A stretch of DNA of 63,904 nt, counting the filler, from Octopus bimaculoides (Eukaryota): assembly GCF_001194135.2 (NCBI RefSeq). It is 7 parts of 6 records of this genome, joined end to end, with 100 filler letters (N's around TTAATTAATTAA, not from the genome) between each part and the next. Parts side by side here need not be neighbours in the genome. Positions count along the whole stretch, not along the records: positions 37,143 to 39,792 come from NC_069004.1; positions 39,893 to 45,405 come from NC_068987.1; positions 45,506 to 61,303 come from NC_068982.1; 4 more parts are not named here. One strand, 5' to 3'. The notes under the pieces are model-generated. The model was not told where the DNA came from and did not search any database. It saw only the letters and a list, made by a program, of their open reading frames with translations. Made by a program: the position numbers and the translations under genes. Positions 38,049 through 52,856 of the stretch are shown here, in pieces. How positions within the stretch are numbered: position 1 is the first letter of the stretch; every line of letters starts with the position of its first letter.

Positions 38049-39323
38049 GAGCGAGAGAGAGAGAGAGCGCGCGCGAGAGAGAGAGAGAGGGTGAGTGGCA
38101 AGGAAAATATTTCTATCTTCAATACAACTTTGTAAAGTTGAATATTTAATTCTCATCGAAAGAATTCTGTGACAGACATTATTAATCTTATATATTGGTA
38201 AGAGACTCCACGCTACCNNNNNNNNNNNNNNNNNNNNNNNNNNNNNNNNNNNNNNNNNNNNNNNNNNNNNNNNNNNNNNNNNNNNNNNNNNNNNNNNNNN
38301 NNNNNNNNNNNNNNNNNNNNNNNNNNNNNNNNNNNNNNNNNNNNNNNNNNNNNNNNNNNNNNNNNNNNNNNNNNNNNNNNNNNNNNNNNNNNNNNNNNNN
38401 NNNNNNNNNNNNNNNNNNNNNNNNNNNNNNNNNNNNNNNNNNNNNNNNNNNNNNNNNNNNNNNNNNNNNNNNNNNNNNNNNNNNNNNNNNNNNNNNNNNN
38501 NNNNNNNNNNNNNNNNNNNNNNNNNNNNNNNNNNNNNNNNNNNNNNNNNNNNNNNNNNNNNNNNNNNNNNNNNNNNNNNNNNNNNNNNNNNNNNNNNNNN
38601 NNNNNNNNNNNNNNNNNNNNNNNNNNNNNNNNNNNNNNNNNNNNNNNNNNNNNNNNNNNNNNNNNNNNNNNNNNNNNNNNNNNNNNNNNNNNNNNNNNNN
38701 NNNNNNNNNNNNNNNNNNNNNNNNNNNNNNNNNNNNNNNNNNNNNNNNNNNNNNNNNNNNNNNNNNNNNNNNNNNNNNNNNNNNNNNNNNNNNNNNNNNN
38801 NNNNNNNNNNNNNNNNNNNNNNNNNNNNNNNNNNNNNNNNNNNNNNNNNNNNNNNNNNNNNNNNNNNNNNNNNNNNNNTATATATATACGTATACAGTCG
38901 TACACGCACTCGTGCACCGTTACGTATATGTGTGTGTGTGATTACGTATAACTATTCAAACACACGCACTTATCACATTCTCTATATGGGAATGTCAAAT
39001 TTATTTCCGTTTCTAGATGGATTGAAAGAAACGCTCTCTCTCTCTCTCACCGATATGTCTCCCCCTCCTACTCCCTTCCTCCCACCTTCTCTTCCTCCTC
39101 CTCTCCTATTCTGGCTCTCTCTTCCTCTGTATCTCTCTTGATCTGAAAACAAACAAAAAGAAAGATTTGAGAATGAAATGGAAGTAGCAAACAAATACAA
39201 AAGAAAAAGATATCACAAGCACAAAACACACACACATAGAGCAAGCTGCAACATATTCATACACGCACACATAGATAAATCACAAGTAGACATACCCACA
39301 CAGTACACACACACACACACACA

Positions 39324-39361
<38 letters not shown>

Positions 39362-39528
39362 TAAACGCATAGAGAAAATGACAACGGGAAGAGAAAATAA
39401 TTAGATGGAGGAAGAGTGGCAGAGAACGCAAAAGCATAGGAAGAACAAGGGGGAGAAAGAATGCATGGAGTTTGTGAGATATGAGGTCGCGATGAGTTAG
39501 TAGTGTTTAGTGAAAGATNNNNNNNNNN

Positions 39529-39564
<36 letters not shown>

Positions 39565-39761
39565 AAGACGAAGAAATATCTATAAGTTGAAGGGTATGTA
39601 CATGTGTGTGCTTGCATACTGGTATGTGTGTGTGTGTGTGAGCTTTAGTTTTCATTTGTAGCAGCATATGTGAGAGGGTGCCAATGCATTCTCAGATAAA
39701 TTGCACACAACATACCTAGTATGATATATTACATCTTTGTAAGCAAGTGTGTGCGCATGCG

Positions 39762-39792
<31 letters not shown>

Positions 39793-40384
39793 NNNNNNNN
39801 NNNNNNNNNNNNNNNNNNNNNNNNNNNNNNNNNNNNTTAATTAATTAANNNNNNNNNNNNNNNNNNNNNNNNNNNNNNNNNNNNNNNNNNNNTATATATA
39901 TATATGTATATATGTATGTATGTATGTATGTATATATGTATGTATGTATGTATGTATATGTGTGTGTATGTTGTATTTTCTCCATTATACAAATACACAA
40001 ATGTTTCCAAAGTTTACAAAAACAGTCGAGGACATGCAATAATATGAGTTGTCTGTAGCAAGCTAGAAATAATTTCACAGATTCCTGTAGCCTTCTGCAT
40101 TTCATCATATATGTCCCTATGCAGGGTGTGTCGCACTGAAGACTTTACAACATGTATACATTTGCTTTTACATATTATGATAGCTATAAAATAAGCTATC
40201 TTTAGCTAGCAAAGAATTAACATAGAACAGTTCATGCCTTTGATGAAATTTAAAGTCATTCCCTGCAGAATTTGCATTTAGAACGGAAACCCGTGAGAAA
40301 TGCCGCCAAGCATTTTTCTCTCGATGTGCTATATATTTCGATAGAATGTTACCTTTCAATATTCGTGCTATAGGTAGAAGGACA

Positions 40385-40570
40385 GAAATTTGGTGGGAAG
40401 AAAGCCAGTGGATTTCCTCGACACTAATATCCAATTGGTAATTACTTTATCGATCAAGATATGATTAAAATTCTAAGTCGACCTCAGCAGTATTTCAGAA
40501 CAGAGCCTAAAACCAGAGGAATTACCACTGATCACTTTGTTCGGCTTGTCAACGATTGCGCCAGCTCCTC
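40385..40570 (-). mobile_element. Degraded family B SINE
   Basis: AAGTCGACCTCAGCAG..TTCAGAAC and CGATTGCGCCAGCTC match the reverse complement of the head. Confidence 0.55.
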
Positions 40571-40618
40571 AGCTTATCGACAACAACAATAATACATTTA
40601 AAGTCATTTCATTACTAT

Positions 40619-40670
<52 letters not shown>

Positions 40671-42330
40671 TCTAGTTCGATTTTGCTTTCCATAATAATA
40701 CTACGTCGCGTTCGACATTTCATCTTTTCGGCGTTGATTAAAACGTACAAGGAAAGCACTGGGTCGATGACATGAACCGTTCTCCTTTCCCCAAAATTTC
40801 AGGCCTAGCTCCTATCGTAGAAGCGGTTATTATTATTATTATGATTGAAAGTTTATTTCTTCTATGTCTTTAATAGTCAATATGATTCTATCTAAAGGGC
40901 GTTCTGCTTTAATTTAGGGTAGTACACCTCACCACATAAACACAGATTTATATATATAAAGAGAGGGAGAGAGTGAGATACATACATACAGCGGTTACTT
41001 CTATTTTTAGCTGATGATACTAAGGTCGACTTCCTATTTGATAAAACAACTTACCAGTCAATTATAGGGATCGATTCATATAAGGCATCTTCATTTTGAA
41101 GTTATTGTAATACAAGTCTATGAAACAGTTAAAAGCAGGACTGCGCACGCACGCACGCACACACACGTACGCATATACATGTACTCATCTAAGACCAGTA
41201 CCGTTTCCGCTGACCGAGTTTACTGACACGATATTAGTTTGCTCGTAGCTAATCCAAAACTGCATAAGGGAGAGGAAGGGAGAATGAAATTACTATTCCT
41301 GGCAAAGAGTGATGAATTAAGAGTCTATAGTTGTGATTAGATGTAGATATGGGGTTCGATTTCACGGTATAGTCACTGACATATGATTGAAACACAATTG
41401 AACAATACATTTATAAAGAACGTGCGTATTTGTGGAGAAGCGCCTGGTATATTTCAGAAATCTTCTAGAATTTTAAAATAATCCATAAATTTCTTGGAGA
41501 TACGAGATTGTTTCGTACAGATAAAACAGCGTCGAAACATCGCTTCGTACGGCATCATTGGTATTGAACAATGCCGGAGGCTACAGTCGGTTAAATTTCA
41601 AACGGCCAAAACCAGACATCTGAAGATTTGAAGCTGACATAGAAACAATGAACCGCTCCAAGTAGCGGAAGATCTGTAACATGACGATACGTTATTATGC
41701 TTGCAGCACTTTCACTTGGTGTACACTGGAGAAAGATTGGGTTTTCGAAGCTAATTTCTTCAAACTACACATCGCGTTGTTCGAATAATCTTATAATCAT
41801 AATCTTATAATCATAATGCACAACTGATAGAAACAATAATATATGAACAGGTGTGGTGAAAATTTCCTGGCTTTGGGTTATAGAAACTACAAGCGGGTCG
41901 ATTAATTATGATTTTATTCAACATATTCCCCTCTCAGATTCACACACTTATTGCAGTAGTCCTTTAGTTTCTATAAGCCATGTAAAATGCATTCGGAAAG
42001 TTGGGCTTCCAACCATACCTTTCGCTATGCCCTAAAAGCAAGGAAATTTTCAACACCTCCTCGTATATATATATATATNNNNNNNNNNNNNNNNNNNNNN
42101 NNNNNNNNNNNNNNNNNNNNNNNNNNNNNNNNNNNNNNNNNNNNNNNNNNNNNNNNNNNNNNNNNNNNNNNNNNNNNNNNNNNNNNNNNNNNNNNNNNNN
42201 NNNNNNNNNNNNNNNNNNNGGTAATTTACGAGCCACTGGTATATCTTCTGTTTAGCTCCTAAATCTTCCTTAAATACAAGGATGCCACCTATATCATATA
42301 ATGTTAGAGAAACAATATCTTAAATAATAA

Positions 42331-42507
42331 CCCTTTCTATAAGAGATACAAGGGGGTAGGTCGATCACAAAGACCCCCCCCCCAGTATTTGACTGGTACT
42401 TAATTTATCGACCCTGAAAGGATAAAAGGCAGTCAACCTCGGTGGAATTTGAACTTGAAATTTGAGCACATTGCCCGACGTGTTAAAGAATCTGCCAGCT
42501 CGCCGCC
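42331..42507 (-). mobile_element. Family B SINE (internally shortened)
   Basis: ACTGGTACTTAATTTATCGACCCTGAAAGG..GGAATTTGAAC..TCTGCCAGCTCGCC. Confidence 0.8.
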
Positions 42508-42559
42508 TATCTTAAATATGAGGGTCTGGCATTTCACAAAGCAAGAAAAAAATAAATGT

Positions 42560-42572
42560 ACTACAACTACTT

Positions 42573-42632
<60 letters not shown>
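42560..42632. repeat. (TAC)n microsatellite
   Basis: Direct reading. Confidence 0.95.
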
Positions 42633-42633
<1 letters not shown>

Positions 42634-43070
42634 ATATGTGTGTCTCTTTTTACGTAATCATAAAAACATGCAGACGAATACATTCACACACGTACAGGCG
42701 TCTCATTGGCCATGGCTGTACCGAATTCCAGTTGTTTCATTTCCTCGAAGCTAAGTGCCTTAAATGTAAGGGAAAACACTGATTTTACTTGGCTCCAGTG
42801 TTGTCTCTGTTGATATTTATATGTATGGAGCAAGGGACCGATGGAATTCAAAATTGACATCCATACACAGACACACATACGTGCATGCATCAAACATATA
42901 TGCATACATACATACACGTAAACGAGAATACCTACAAACGAAGTTGTCTGTACTGAGACTGATAGCTCAAAATATACTCAAACTTGAAAATTGAAATAAC
43001 TACGAAGTTAAAGCACAACCAGCCAAATATTGTAGTGTAGAACCGCATATAAAAGATATATTCAGTTTTC

Positions 43071-43352
43071 GAAATAAGTTGCACCCGAGATACTAATGTC
43101 GTTAGGTAAATACAAGCGGAAGAGGACATCTATCGACCGTTGATAAGGAGATTGCAAATCCGGTACCCAAGATACATGTTCAGCTTCATACTCATCATTA
43201 TTGGAGCAGCAGCATACATACGAACCCATCTGGAGCTAACAATAAAGGAACATGGAATTTTGGGGAGAGAATGCAAATGATTAATCCATGTACTAAAATG
43301 GTCGCAATATCTGGGACTATAAATATCTGCAAGACCTTAGAATCTAAAGGAT
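43071..43352 (+). mobile_element. Degraded RLE-type (R4/Dong-like) non-LTR retrotransposon C-terminal fragment
   Basis: EISCTRDTNVVR*IQAEEDIYRPLIRRLQIRYPRYMFSFILIIIGAAAYIRTHLE.. then, after a frameshift, SGTINICKT; matches the remembered EVSCP.D.N..Y..L...LQ.LYP.Y.F.FIPIIIGALG..GT.KICKT pattern. Confidence 0.65.
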
Positions 43353-44102
43353 GACGGTTAAATCCAGATACATTCCTTCACAACCTTGTAACCGAGTTGG
43401 TGGCCGGTCAATGTTTCCTCTAAATTAAAAAGAGAAAGAGGCGAGACACATATACATGCACATATATACATACATAAATACATATATACATACATACGTA
43501 CGTACGTACATACATGCATACATACATATTTACAAAGTGTTTAAATTCGATCTATCTTTTAAGGTATATATTTCATCTCCCACAATATGCAACTAAACAT
43601 CGATTTCCCTGTCTAATCTCATTCACAACAAAACATAACTAAATTCGTAACAAATTCCAACAGTGACTGAAAAACATAATATTCATTTAGCATTTGTTTA
43701 TTATTTTCCCGTTCGTAAACTATACGAGAATCTGCCATATACACTTCCCGTTTATTGCATATTCGTTCAAATTAATATTCCATAACTACATTCACCCCTA
43801 ACTCATCTACTGAAATATCAATGAAAGTTATTTTATATAATTAATGTAAATCCATCATTTCGCCGAGCAAGGTGAATATTTCAGACACAGACTGATAATA
43901 TTGGTAATCGATTTCACACTTCGCCAACGAAAGCTGGCGTTTTGTTTCTCCTTTAATTATATACACGTAATTTTATGTGGCGTGTTTATATTACTCATTC
44001 GATATTGGATGACTACCACCTTTAAACGCTACGTCACAACCAGTTCAAAATTTGAGCAAATATATATATGTATGTATGTGTGTTTATATGTGTGTGCGTG
44101 TT

Positions 44103-44147
<45 letters not shown>

Positions 44148-45867
44148 TATAATATAGATTATATATTATACATATTTTAATATATATGTGAGAGTGTGAG
44201 GGTGAGAGAAGGAGAGAAAGTGAAAAAGACAGAGAGAAAGAGAGATAGGAAGAGAGGGTTGGGGGAGATGCATGCATAATGTACTGTGAAATTACTAAAT
44301 GATAAAATCACTAGGGCATATACATTTCTTTTACGTCTACAAACTACAGTTGTCATAATCTCCACACCTGTATCGCATATCGAAATAATTAAAGATTCTC
44401 TCATGTTTCACTGGCTTTCAATACATTAAACAGTTTGAAATTTAGTGTAAATGTCCGTTTTGTAATTAAACACCAGTAGCATAGGATGGGTTTAACCTAT
44501 ACCGTCGGTGTTCCACCCAAAGATCCAGAGATAGCATAAATGGTTGTAGTGGAAATATTTTAAACGGAACCTTTTGGTAGAACAGATGACTAAATTAATC
44601 AATGATGGGATCGTAAGAATTTATTACAATACAATTCGCTTGTTCTCGGTGAAATGGCGAGAATTTTTGTTATGCAGCGCAAAACATTTCACGTTACTCT
44701 TTCACAAAGAATTGGTGAAGATAGCTCAAATTGTCATGAGCGTACTAATGGTATGATGCAAAACTATCTGACACTACTTATTAAAAGTGCGACGGCGATT
44801 ATTATTATTAAATGTAGATATCCAAGTCATGATATTAATGTAACACGCCATTCCTGACAAGGTATATTTGTGGTGAAATACTTGAGTGAAATTTTATAGT
44901 TATGTTTTCATTTATGATATGTAGCGATTTACGACACGTGAGATATGTGGCAATATGTCTCGCGTTATTCAGATAAATAAAGACACTGTGCGACTTTAGA
45001 AATACACATGACTGCATATTGTAAACGTGAATAAATATACTTCGGTAAAACATGATTGTTCGCGAAACAATGTAAGAACATTTTGAGTAGTAGTCATAGA
45101 GGAATACGTAGTCGTTATTAACACATAGTCGGAAAGATGTTCGCATTTATAGGAATAAAATAAATCTATATAAAGCATGTATACGTTGTTATTTATATAT
45201 ATATATATATACAAGAATAAGGGCAGGGAATCGTCAATTAATAATAGAATTAATAATTAACAATTTTGCCAAGTAGTTCAGTATGAAAAAACCTTTATCG
45301 GTAAAACCATTTATCATCATAAATATACAGGGATTAGCAATTGAGTTGCTTCTCCAACATACTGAAAATTTAGAAATAGCAGTCAAAGAACTACTGATTC
45401 TAAACNNNNNNNNNNNNNNNNNNNNNNNNNNNNNNNNNNNNNNNNNNNNTTAATTAATTAANNNNNNNNNNNNNNNNNNNNNNNNNNNNNNNNNNNNNNN
45501 NNNNNAGAAGAACATCATGCTCGAAACATTCCCCGTAACAAAAACAAATAATGCAAAATAATTAAGCACAACACCCGGGAGCCAAATATCCAAAAGATTC
45601 CACTCGAGAGTTACGTCTCTTGGTTGATTGATTAATTGCTTTATTTACGCAAATTTACGAGAAATCCCGTGAACGAAGCGAAAATGTTTTCCAAAATGGA
45701 GGCGAATATTTTTCTCCCTCTGATCGGCTTGAAAAATTGTTAAGACACTAGGATATTTTCCTATTTACTGAACATGAAACCAATTGTAGCCTTCATTCAT
45801 AAATAAAGAAATTATATATCCAGCAGTGCAGTGTTGAGCATTTATTTCGTCGTTCGATATTTAGGTG

Positions 45868-45894
<27 letters not shown>

Positions 45895-45898
<4 letters not shown>

Positions 45899-48378
45899 GG
45901 AGAGCTTACTCTCAAAACCAGATTTATGCATCGGAATGACTTTTGAGTAATTGAGAAAATGCCGTATCTAAATTTTACAATTTCAGCCAGATTCCGATAT
46001 TCATATGTCAGCACCAGAAAGATTAAAGCAAATTACACATATATTTCTTTTTGTATTTAAATGAACTGGTGGAATATAATTCACATCAGCCACCTGAATA
46101 AGTCTTGCTTTGTTTGAAAACTGTTCAAGTATCTTAATTTGAATGCATAATCTGTCAAGTAAAATTTCTGGTTTTGATTGAAGCATAAAATTTACAACTG
46201 AAAGCTATACACTGAACTCAATTTCATTCATTTTTCACACAGACGCATCAAAGTCATGGCGAAAGAATAAGAAAAACTATTTTTGTTTTAAATTCTCCAC
46301 AGTCCTTATCGAAGCAACCACATCCCTTCTCTGGGTGAGGATCATCCTGTGTTGGATCAGAATTAAGATTTTCAAGAAAATGTAAATATTTCATCCTGTG
46401 TCTAGTATTCACCAAAGCAGTTTTAAGAGTGAAAAAATGTCCTTTTTCTTCTCTGAAATCGTGGTTTTCACAGGTAGCAACTCCGGTGTGATGGTAGAGG
46501 GCGATACTTTCTATTGACGCTTCAGCAAACTCATACTCGTTCCAGTATCAGATTCGTAATTCACTTCGCTTCTCACAAGAACATTATTGTTTTTATCTTT
46601 GATGATAATAATGCTTTTTGCATCCTGAATATGCGGCGGAGTCATAAAAAACACAGCCGCAAGTTTTTTTTTCCAATCATGCATGTAATAGTCCTTAATT
46701 TGCTTCACTACATCGGAATGTTTCTCGATACCACTAATATACTCCCCTGGGGAAATTATAGTGATTTTAGTTCATGGTATATCCTGCCGAGTAGTATATA
46801 ACATGGTAACAATGAGCGTCCTCGTACGGGTAACAGGAATTCTACCTGCTTTATCCGAGCGGCAGCGGTGCACAGCCAGAGTATTTCCATGACGAACGTA
46901 ATGTTATTTTTATTTTGACCACGGCATCCATCACAAACCAGGCGTACTAGAGTAGTGTTGTGAAAACAATCCATTTTTTAAAAAAAATTCGTTTGTGAGA
47001 GTGTCATGCGTACAACTGGCAATCACATTAAATCCTCGATGAGGTCGATTTTCCGTTCACGTATACGCAATGTTTCTATCTCCAGAACTGATTGCAAAAT
47101 GATAGTATGCAAGTTTTTTTTGGAATAGTAATCCTCTTGAATAGTGAGCCTTGTCAAATTATGAACTTATTGTTGGTCAAAACAACTGTCAGAATAGTAA
47201 AATCATTCATCTGCCTCAAAATGTCATAGAATACTTTGGCATGTAATTTGTACACATGAAGACTTTGCAATGTCTTCTTGTTTCGATCTTACATCTGCAG
47301 AAATTTTACTGGCATGCTTTGTCCTCTCACACAAAGTACATATGTTCACTCGAGGGCTACGAAAAGCAATGTTGAACTCATGTACAACTATTCTGTAGAC
47401 CATGATGAATTTACTTTGTGCTCTTCAGTAGATCGGTTGTAAACACCACAAATGACGGATGCTGTTCCTCTCCAAATGGTAAGTACATTCGAATGTATTT
47501 ATACCGACCACTATGACCTTCATTTCCTTTAAGGTCTTCAATCAATCACCTGACAGGGTTTTTCTTATCAATGCTCTTATGATATTTTCTATCCCCACCA
47601 CGATTTTCCTCAGCCGCATGTCCAGTTTGTCTAAAGCGTTTCATAAAGCCATCAACTGTACTTTTTGCAATTGGCTTGACAATTTTCAGGAAGGTTTCTC
47701 TGCACACTTTAACCAGCCGCTCGGTTTGTTTCCGCACCATGTATGCATTTGACGACTGATGTGGTTTCTTATCAGCAGTTCCAGCCTTCCATTTGACAAC
47801 ATTCAGATTCCCGTGGAGAAGTAAAACATTATCCTGTTGAATTTTGTGTATTTTCTGAAATAGCTAACTCCGAAAGTAAAAAAACATCCACTTCAATGAG
47901 GTCAGTGCATTTGAAGAGATGCTTGTTTTTATGACTACAAGTTCTCAGTCAAATATACCCGCCTGTATCACAGTATCGTTTCCATTTTTCGGCGTCATGT
48001 TTCCGGATAGTGTTCTTCCTTTCACGAGTTCACTTGTTCCCATCACTGATAGGAATCGATTCATTTCCGTCATTTTGCATAATTTCCTGCGACATTTCCT
48101 CATCTAAGGCTGCCATATTTAGAATTTCACATCACGTGATGCAAAAGATGGGGCCTGAATAGCCGACATGCAGATATTCCGATTTGTTTAAAACAACTTG
48201 AATATATCTGATTTTGATTGGAAGACTACCATTCGCCTATATAGCATCTAACCCAGTTTGACTGACAAACATTTCCCGTGAATAAAGCCAGCAGCTTGCT
48301 TGCAGATTGTGTTTTAATGTTAACACGAAATCGACTAAATATGCACTTCTGCCGCTTTTGAAAGTAAGTTCATCACAT
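45895..48378 (-). mobile_element. Sola-like (probably Sola1) DNA transposon, about 2.5 kb, inactivated transposase, both TIRs present
   Basis: Minus-strand motifs in order: FQKIHKIQQDNVLLLH, VKVCRETFLKI..GFMKRFRQTGHAAEENRGGDRK (47586-47700), NIAFRSPRVNICTLCE, DYYSK, GFNVIASCTHDTL, CDGCRGQNKN (46906-46935), FLLPVRGRSLLPC. TIRs: ATGTGGAGAGCTTACTCTCAAAA (45895-45917) vs the reverse complement of 48356-48378, ATGTGATGAACTTACTTTCAAAA. Confidence 0.75.
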
Positions 48379-48379
48379 G

Positions 48380-48462
48380 AGTGTGTGTGTGTGTGTGTGT
48401 ATTTTTGTGTGTGTGTGTGTGGATGTGTGTGTGTGAGTGTGTGTGTGTTCATGTGTGTGAGT

Positions 48463-48547
<85 letters not shown>
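48380..48547. repeat. (TG)n microsatellite
   Basis: Direct reading. Confidence 0.95.
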
Positions 48548-48552
<5 letters not shown>

Positions 48553-50199
48553 AGAGATAGAAAAAATAACAAATAGTCACTTGAGTAGATACAAATATTT
48601 ATACTTTAAAAGCTCATATATAGTGCATGACGAATAACGGGCAAAGTGGCGAAAGGAAATATATTGCTAGAGACCAAAATGTGTTGCAGTAGATATTAAA
48701 ACGCATAGTCGTATAATTTTAGTCCACATTGTGCCGAAGTCCACATCATATCCTGTTGGACTTTTGATATCAGCAATTAATATACTAATATAAAACTACA
48801 TTCGTAACTGCATTTACTAATGCAAATAATCATGAAGATATTTTTGCCTCATTTACTTGAATAGTTATCTTCTAGAACTTCATAAATGAAAACATTTGCT
48901 TCTAATATCTCATTTTATGTAATATTATTGAATTTTTCAAGTATTTTAAGGTAAATTTAGAGGTGATTAAAATACGATGCATCATATGTTTCTGTGGATG
49001 TGATTTCATTATATGGCTTCAAGCTGTTTTCTTTCTGCTAATTTAAATGCTTTACCGAATCGGTTAACTGAGCCTAGAAGAGCTGTATCTGCAAGAATCC
49101 TTCGAAACTAAGTCACATGGGACCGAATCAAACTGTTTTTATGAATATTTCATATACATACATACATATATTTATGTATATATTTGATATATATTTATGT
49201 GGGTGTGTGTGTGTCTGTGTGTCTATTACTCTTCTACAAATAAGGAAACTTCAGACAAATGTCATAAATTTATTTAGAAAGAATACTAGTAACCATGCTG
49301 AATTACGGGCATATTTTGCCTATTTCCTGCAACAATACACGAAAGTGGATTTTCCCTCATAGATTTAAAAGATTTGTTTACGGTTAGGGGTGTATCACAT
49401 ATCTCCGATGTACGTATAAAATAAGTGCAATTCAGCGTTTCAGAAAGTTAATAAAAACTGATGCACAATAATTTACATGCTATGTCACTAGTACATTAAT
49501 GAGGAAATTTGAACGTGGTCACTAGAGCCTTTAGAATTAGAAACAAACCAGCATTCAAATCTTTTTGTATAAATTACAATCAACCTGGATTGGGGATAAT
49601 TGGACTCTTCTTGTACGTTATCTGAAAAGACACGAATTATTATATTAAAAAGCTAGAAACGTCTGAACATATGGGCTCAGGCAAGGTTGAAGTAATTTAA
49701 ATAACAATAGATGAATAACTGAACCTTCAAATTCATTTCAATACTACAAGTAGTATTTGAATGATCACAGAATAAATCAACCAGTAGAAGAATATTAGCA
49801 AAATATTTTCGCTGGATATTATATCCATAAATACAAGTTACTGTGAAACTGAACATTTTGATGTGCAAAATATTTAGAAGCCTATATTCCTCAACTAAAG
49901 ATACTTAATATTTCGAAAGTACTAATCGATACCCCATATAAATGCATTGACAACATCCATTCCTTCAGGCGTACGAGCAAATATATATACACTGACACAC
50001 GTTATTCATAATTCAAGTATACAAATTCAAGCCTATTCATCTATTTAGTCATATATGTATATAAACCTATGCATACACTTATACAAATATGCGCATATGT
50101 ATTGTATGTTTTATATATGATTCCCTGTCTTTATGTATGTGACGTACGTTTCTGAGTGTATTAATATATATTTTCTATTATTGCCGTCAGTTATTGGGA

Positions 50200-50990
50200 T
50201 TTAAAGAGATTACTTTCTGCTTATTTGATCCACACTTTTTGGCATAAAGTCGATACTAATAGCAAGATAATCTTTTGATTTGATCATGTCAATTTTCAAA
50301 TATTCAATATCAGTTATTTTTTCTAAATCTATTTCTATTTTTTTTTTTTTTTTTTTTTTTTTTGTATCTACGTTTAGCAAATGAATATGCAGTTTTCTCA
50401 ATGATTGCACTTGTATTTCTTTACTTCTTATATTAGGATATTCCCTGTTTGAAGTGTCATTTTGCACTGAGTAATTTATCCATTTCCCAGCCAACTCTCT
50501 AAATAGGTTACTGCAAATTCACATCACCAGCACAATATAATAACTGTTCATAATTTCATTTTTTCCCCAACTGTCTGCCTTGAGAAATTTGTCCATTATC
50601 GGATAGGATTTTCTGCTTCTCTTTTACCTTGCCTGGTGTCAGAGAAATATTTCTTCATTCTGGTTTTCATTTGATATTAATTTTGGTAAAATTCTATAAA
50701 ATCTATCTTTCTTGCTTCAAATTTTGATCCATCAGATATCTACCTAGTAATAGTTTTGCCAATAAATTCAGTATATTTTATTGCTTCAATATGCTTTATT
50801 ACTTCTTCATAATATAAATTTCCTTCGTTTCCCTACAATATTTATAGTTTGTTCTCCATTTCCATCTCTATATCCGATCTTATGTTCACAGATATTCTTC
50901 CCATGGGAAGCCATTTTTATTTTAGTATTCATTTCGAATCCAATTTATAAATCAATGCAATATATTTCTATCAGATATCAAAATCTTTTT
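50200..50990 (-). mobile_element. Possible highly degraded LINE RT region
   Basis: Fragments TRQG, CAGDVNL and IEIDLEKITDIEYL occur in the order of RT motifs GVRQG, FADD and ..V..F.YLG; weak and full of stops. Confidence 0.25.
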
Positions 50991-52125
50991 TTTTTTTTTC
51001 TATTTTTTATGTATCGTGAATTATTGCTCCTCAGAGTGGAATAAATATTTCTTTAATCTATTGCCGTCGTTAGTACAGCTTTCTAGAGATAGGTGAATCA
51101 GTGATGCAGAACAAACCCATTACTGCAAATCACTGTAAATCTTGATAATTTTAATTTTAATTTCAAATTGATGATGTTTGATTTATGTCTTTCTTATCAA
51201 TTTTATAATTTTATTGGATTCTTATAAGAATAAAAATATAAGACCGATATTATTCTCCTCAACTAAGCAATATTTATCATTGTTGTTATTTCCCAAAGTA
51301 GGTAATATTTTGAGATTTTACATACATTTTATTTTTGAGGAAAGGATCAACGCATATACATAAATACTCAAACAGTTACATGCACACACATGAATACGCC
51401 TACTCACACATTTAAATTAAACAGTTCTTATATCTCGCTTTTAGGTTCATCAATATATCTATCTGCTATATAAAGAAATAGATATATATCTTTATAATGC
51501 TATAGCCATGCATGTATCTAGATTCTAATAATTTATGCTTGATATCGTCTACTTTCATATGTATTAAAATGTTTAATTCATGCTTGAAGGAAAACGCATA
51601 ATATTTATTATATAGTAAAGCACAGGTAAAAATATATATAATACTTCTCCATATGTGTGCTACGTTTAAGCATATATACATTTGGGTGCTGATGATTATT
51701 TTCTCATGTATGGCAGTCAGCAATAAAACATGAATATAGGTGCATTTTTATGTAATCTAGGGCAGCAGAATTATAGCGGTGTCTGTCACGTATACTATAG
51801 ATACCATTGGCTTATTAATGGTGATACTGGATTATAGTTGCTAGTAGATATCATTTGCTTGTATAATATATAGGATTTTGATGTTGCACATAGATTGCAT
51901 ATATTTATTTTCTTTTTGTTTCTTCCTTGTTCTGATTTTTGCTACTACATACGAAATTATCAATTTCAATGGCTATGCTGAATCACGTAGTGAGTTATCA
52001 GTAAAATGATACACAAAAACGACTTTTTTAAACATAGACTGAATACTGGGATTTTAAAATTATATGAACTAATAAACTTTCAGCTCGCTAGCAAGTACAT
52101 TTATGATTATGTAAATAAATAAGTC

Positions 52126-52327
52126 GGCGAGCTGGCAGAATCGTTAGAACGCCGGGCGAAATAATTAGTGGTATTTCGTCTGCCGCTACGTTCTTAGTTC
52201 ACATTCCGCCGAGGTCGACTTCAGCTTTCGTCCTTTCGGAGTCGATCAGCCGAGTACTGGGGGTCGAGGTAATCGAATATCCTCCTCCCTCAAATATTTC
52301 AGGCCTTGCCCCTATAGTAGAAAGGAT
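52126..52327 (+). mobile_element. Family B SINE
   Basis: GGCGAGCTGGCAGAATCGTTAG head, GTTCACATTCC B-box-like, GGGGTCGAGGTAATCGA core. Confidence 0.85.
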
Positions 52328-52493
52328 TAGGTAACTAAAGGAGTGTATTCAGATTTTGAATCTTTTGGAAATTTCACTCCTACGTAGAAAACAATTACAT
52401 ATTCATGGACATATATTTTACATACTTACAGGCATATACATACACATGCAGATATATGTTTGTATATATNNNNNNNNNNNNNNNNNNNNNNNN

Positions 52494-52526
<33 letters not shown>

Positions 52527-52794
52527 GTTGCGTCAAACTCATGCTACAGACGAATATCGCAATATCGCAAGCAATGAGTATCCTGATGCCCCGGCGAAAA
52601 CAATTTTTTTCTCTACGGACACTCTGCAGGTATTATAAGGACATTAGAATTTACCAAGTGACGATTATCGAGCATAGTAAATTTTAACTTACTCGAGTTT
52701 CATCAACATTCACTGAGGGTAGCCAGCATTGATAACCGATAACAGCGAACACGTTATACACAAGGTTTATATATCCCTGTAAACCATTTTGGAA

Positions 52795-52856
<62 letters not shown>

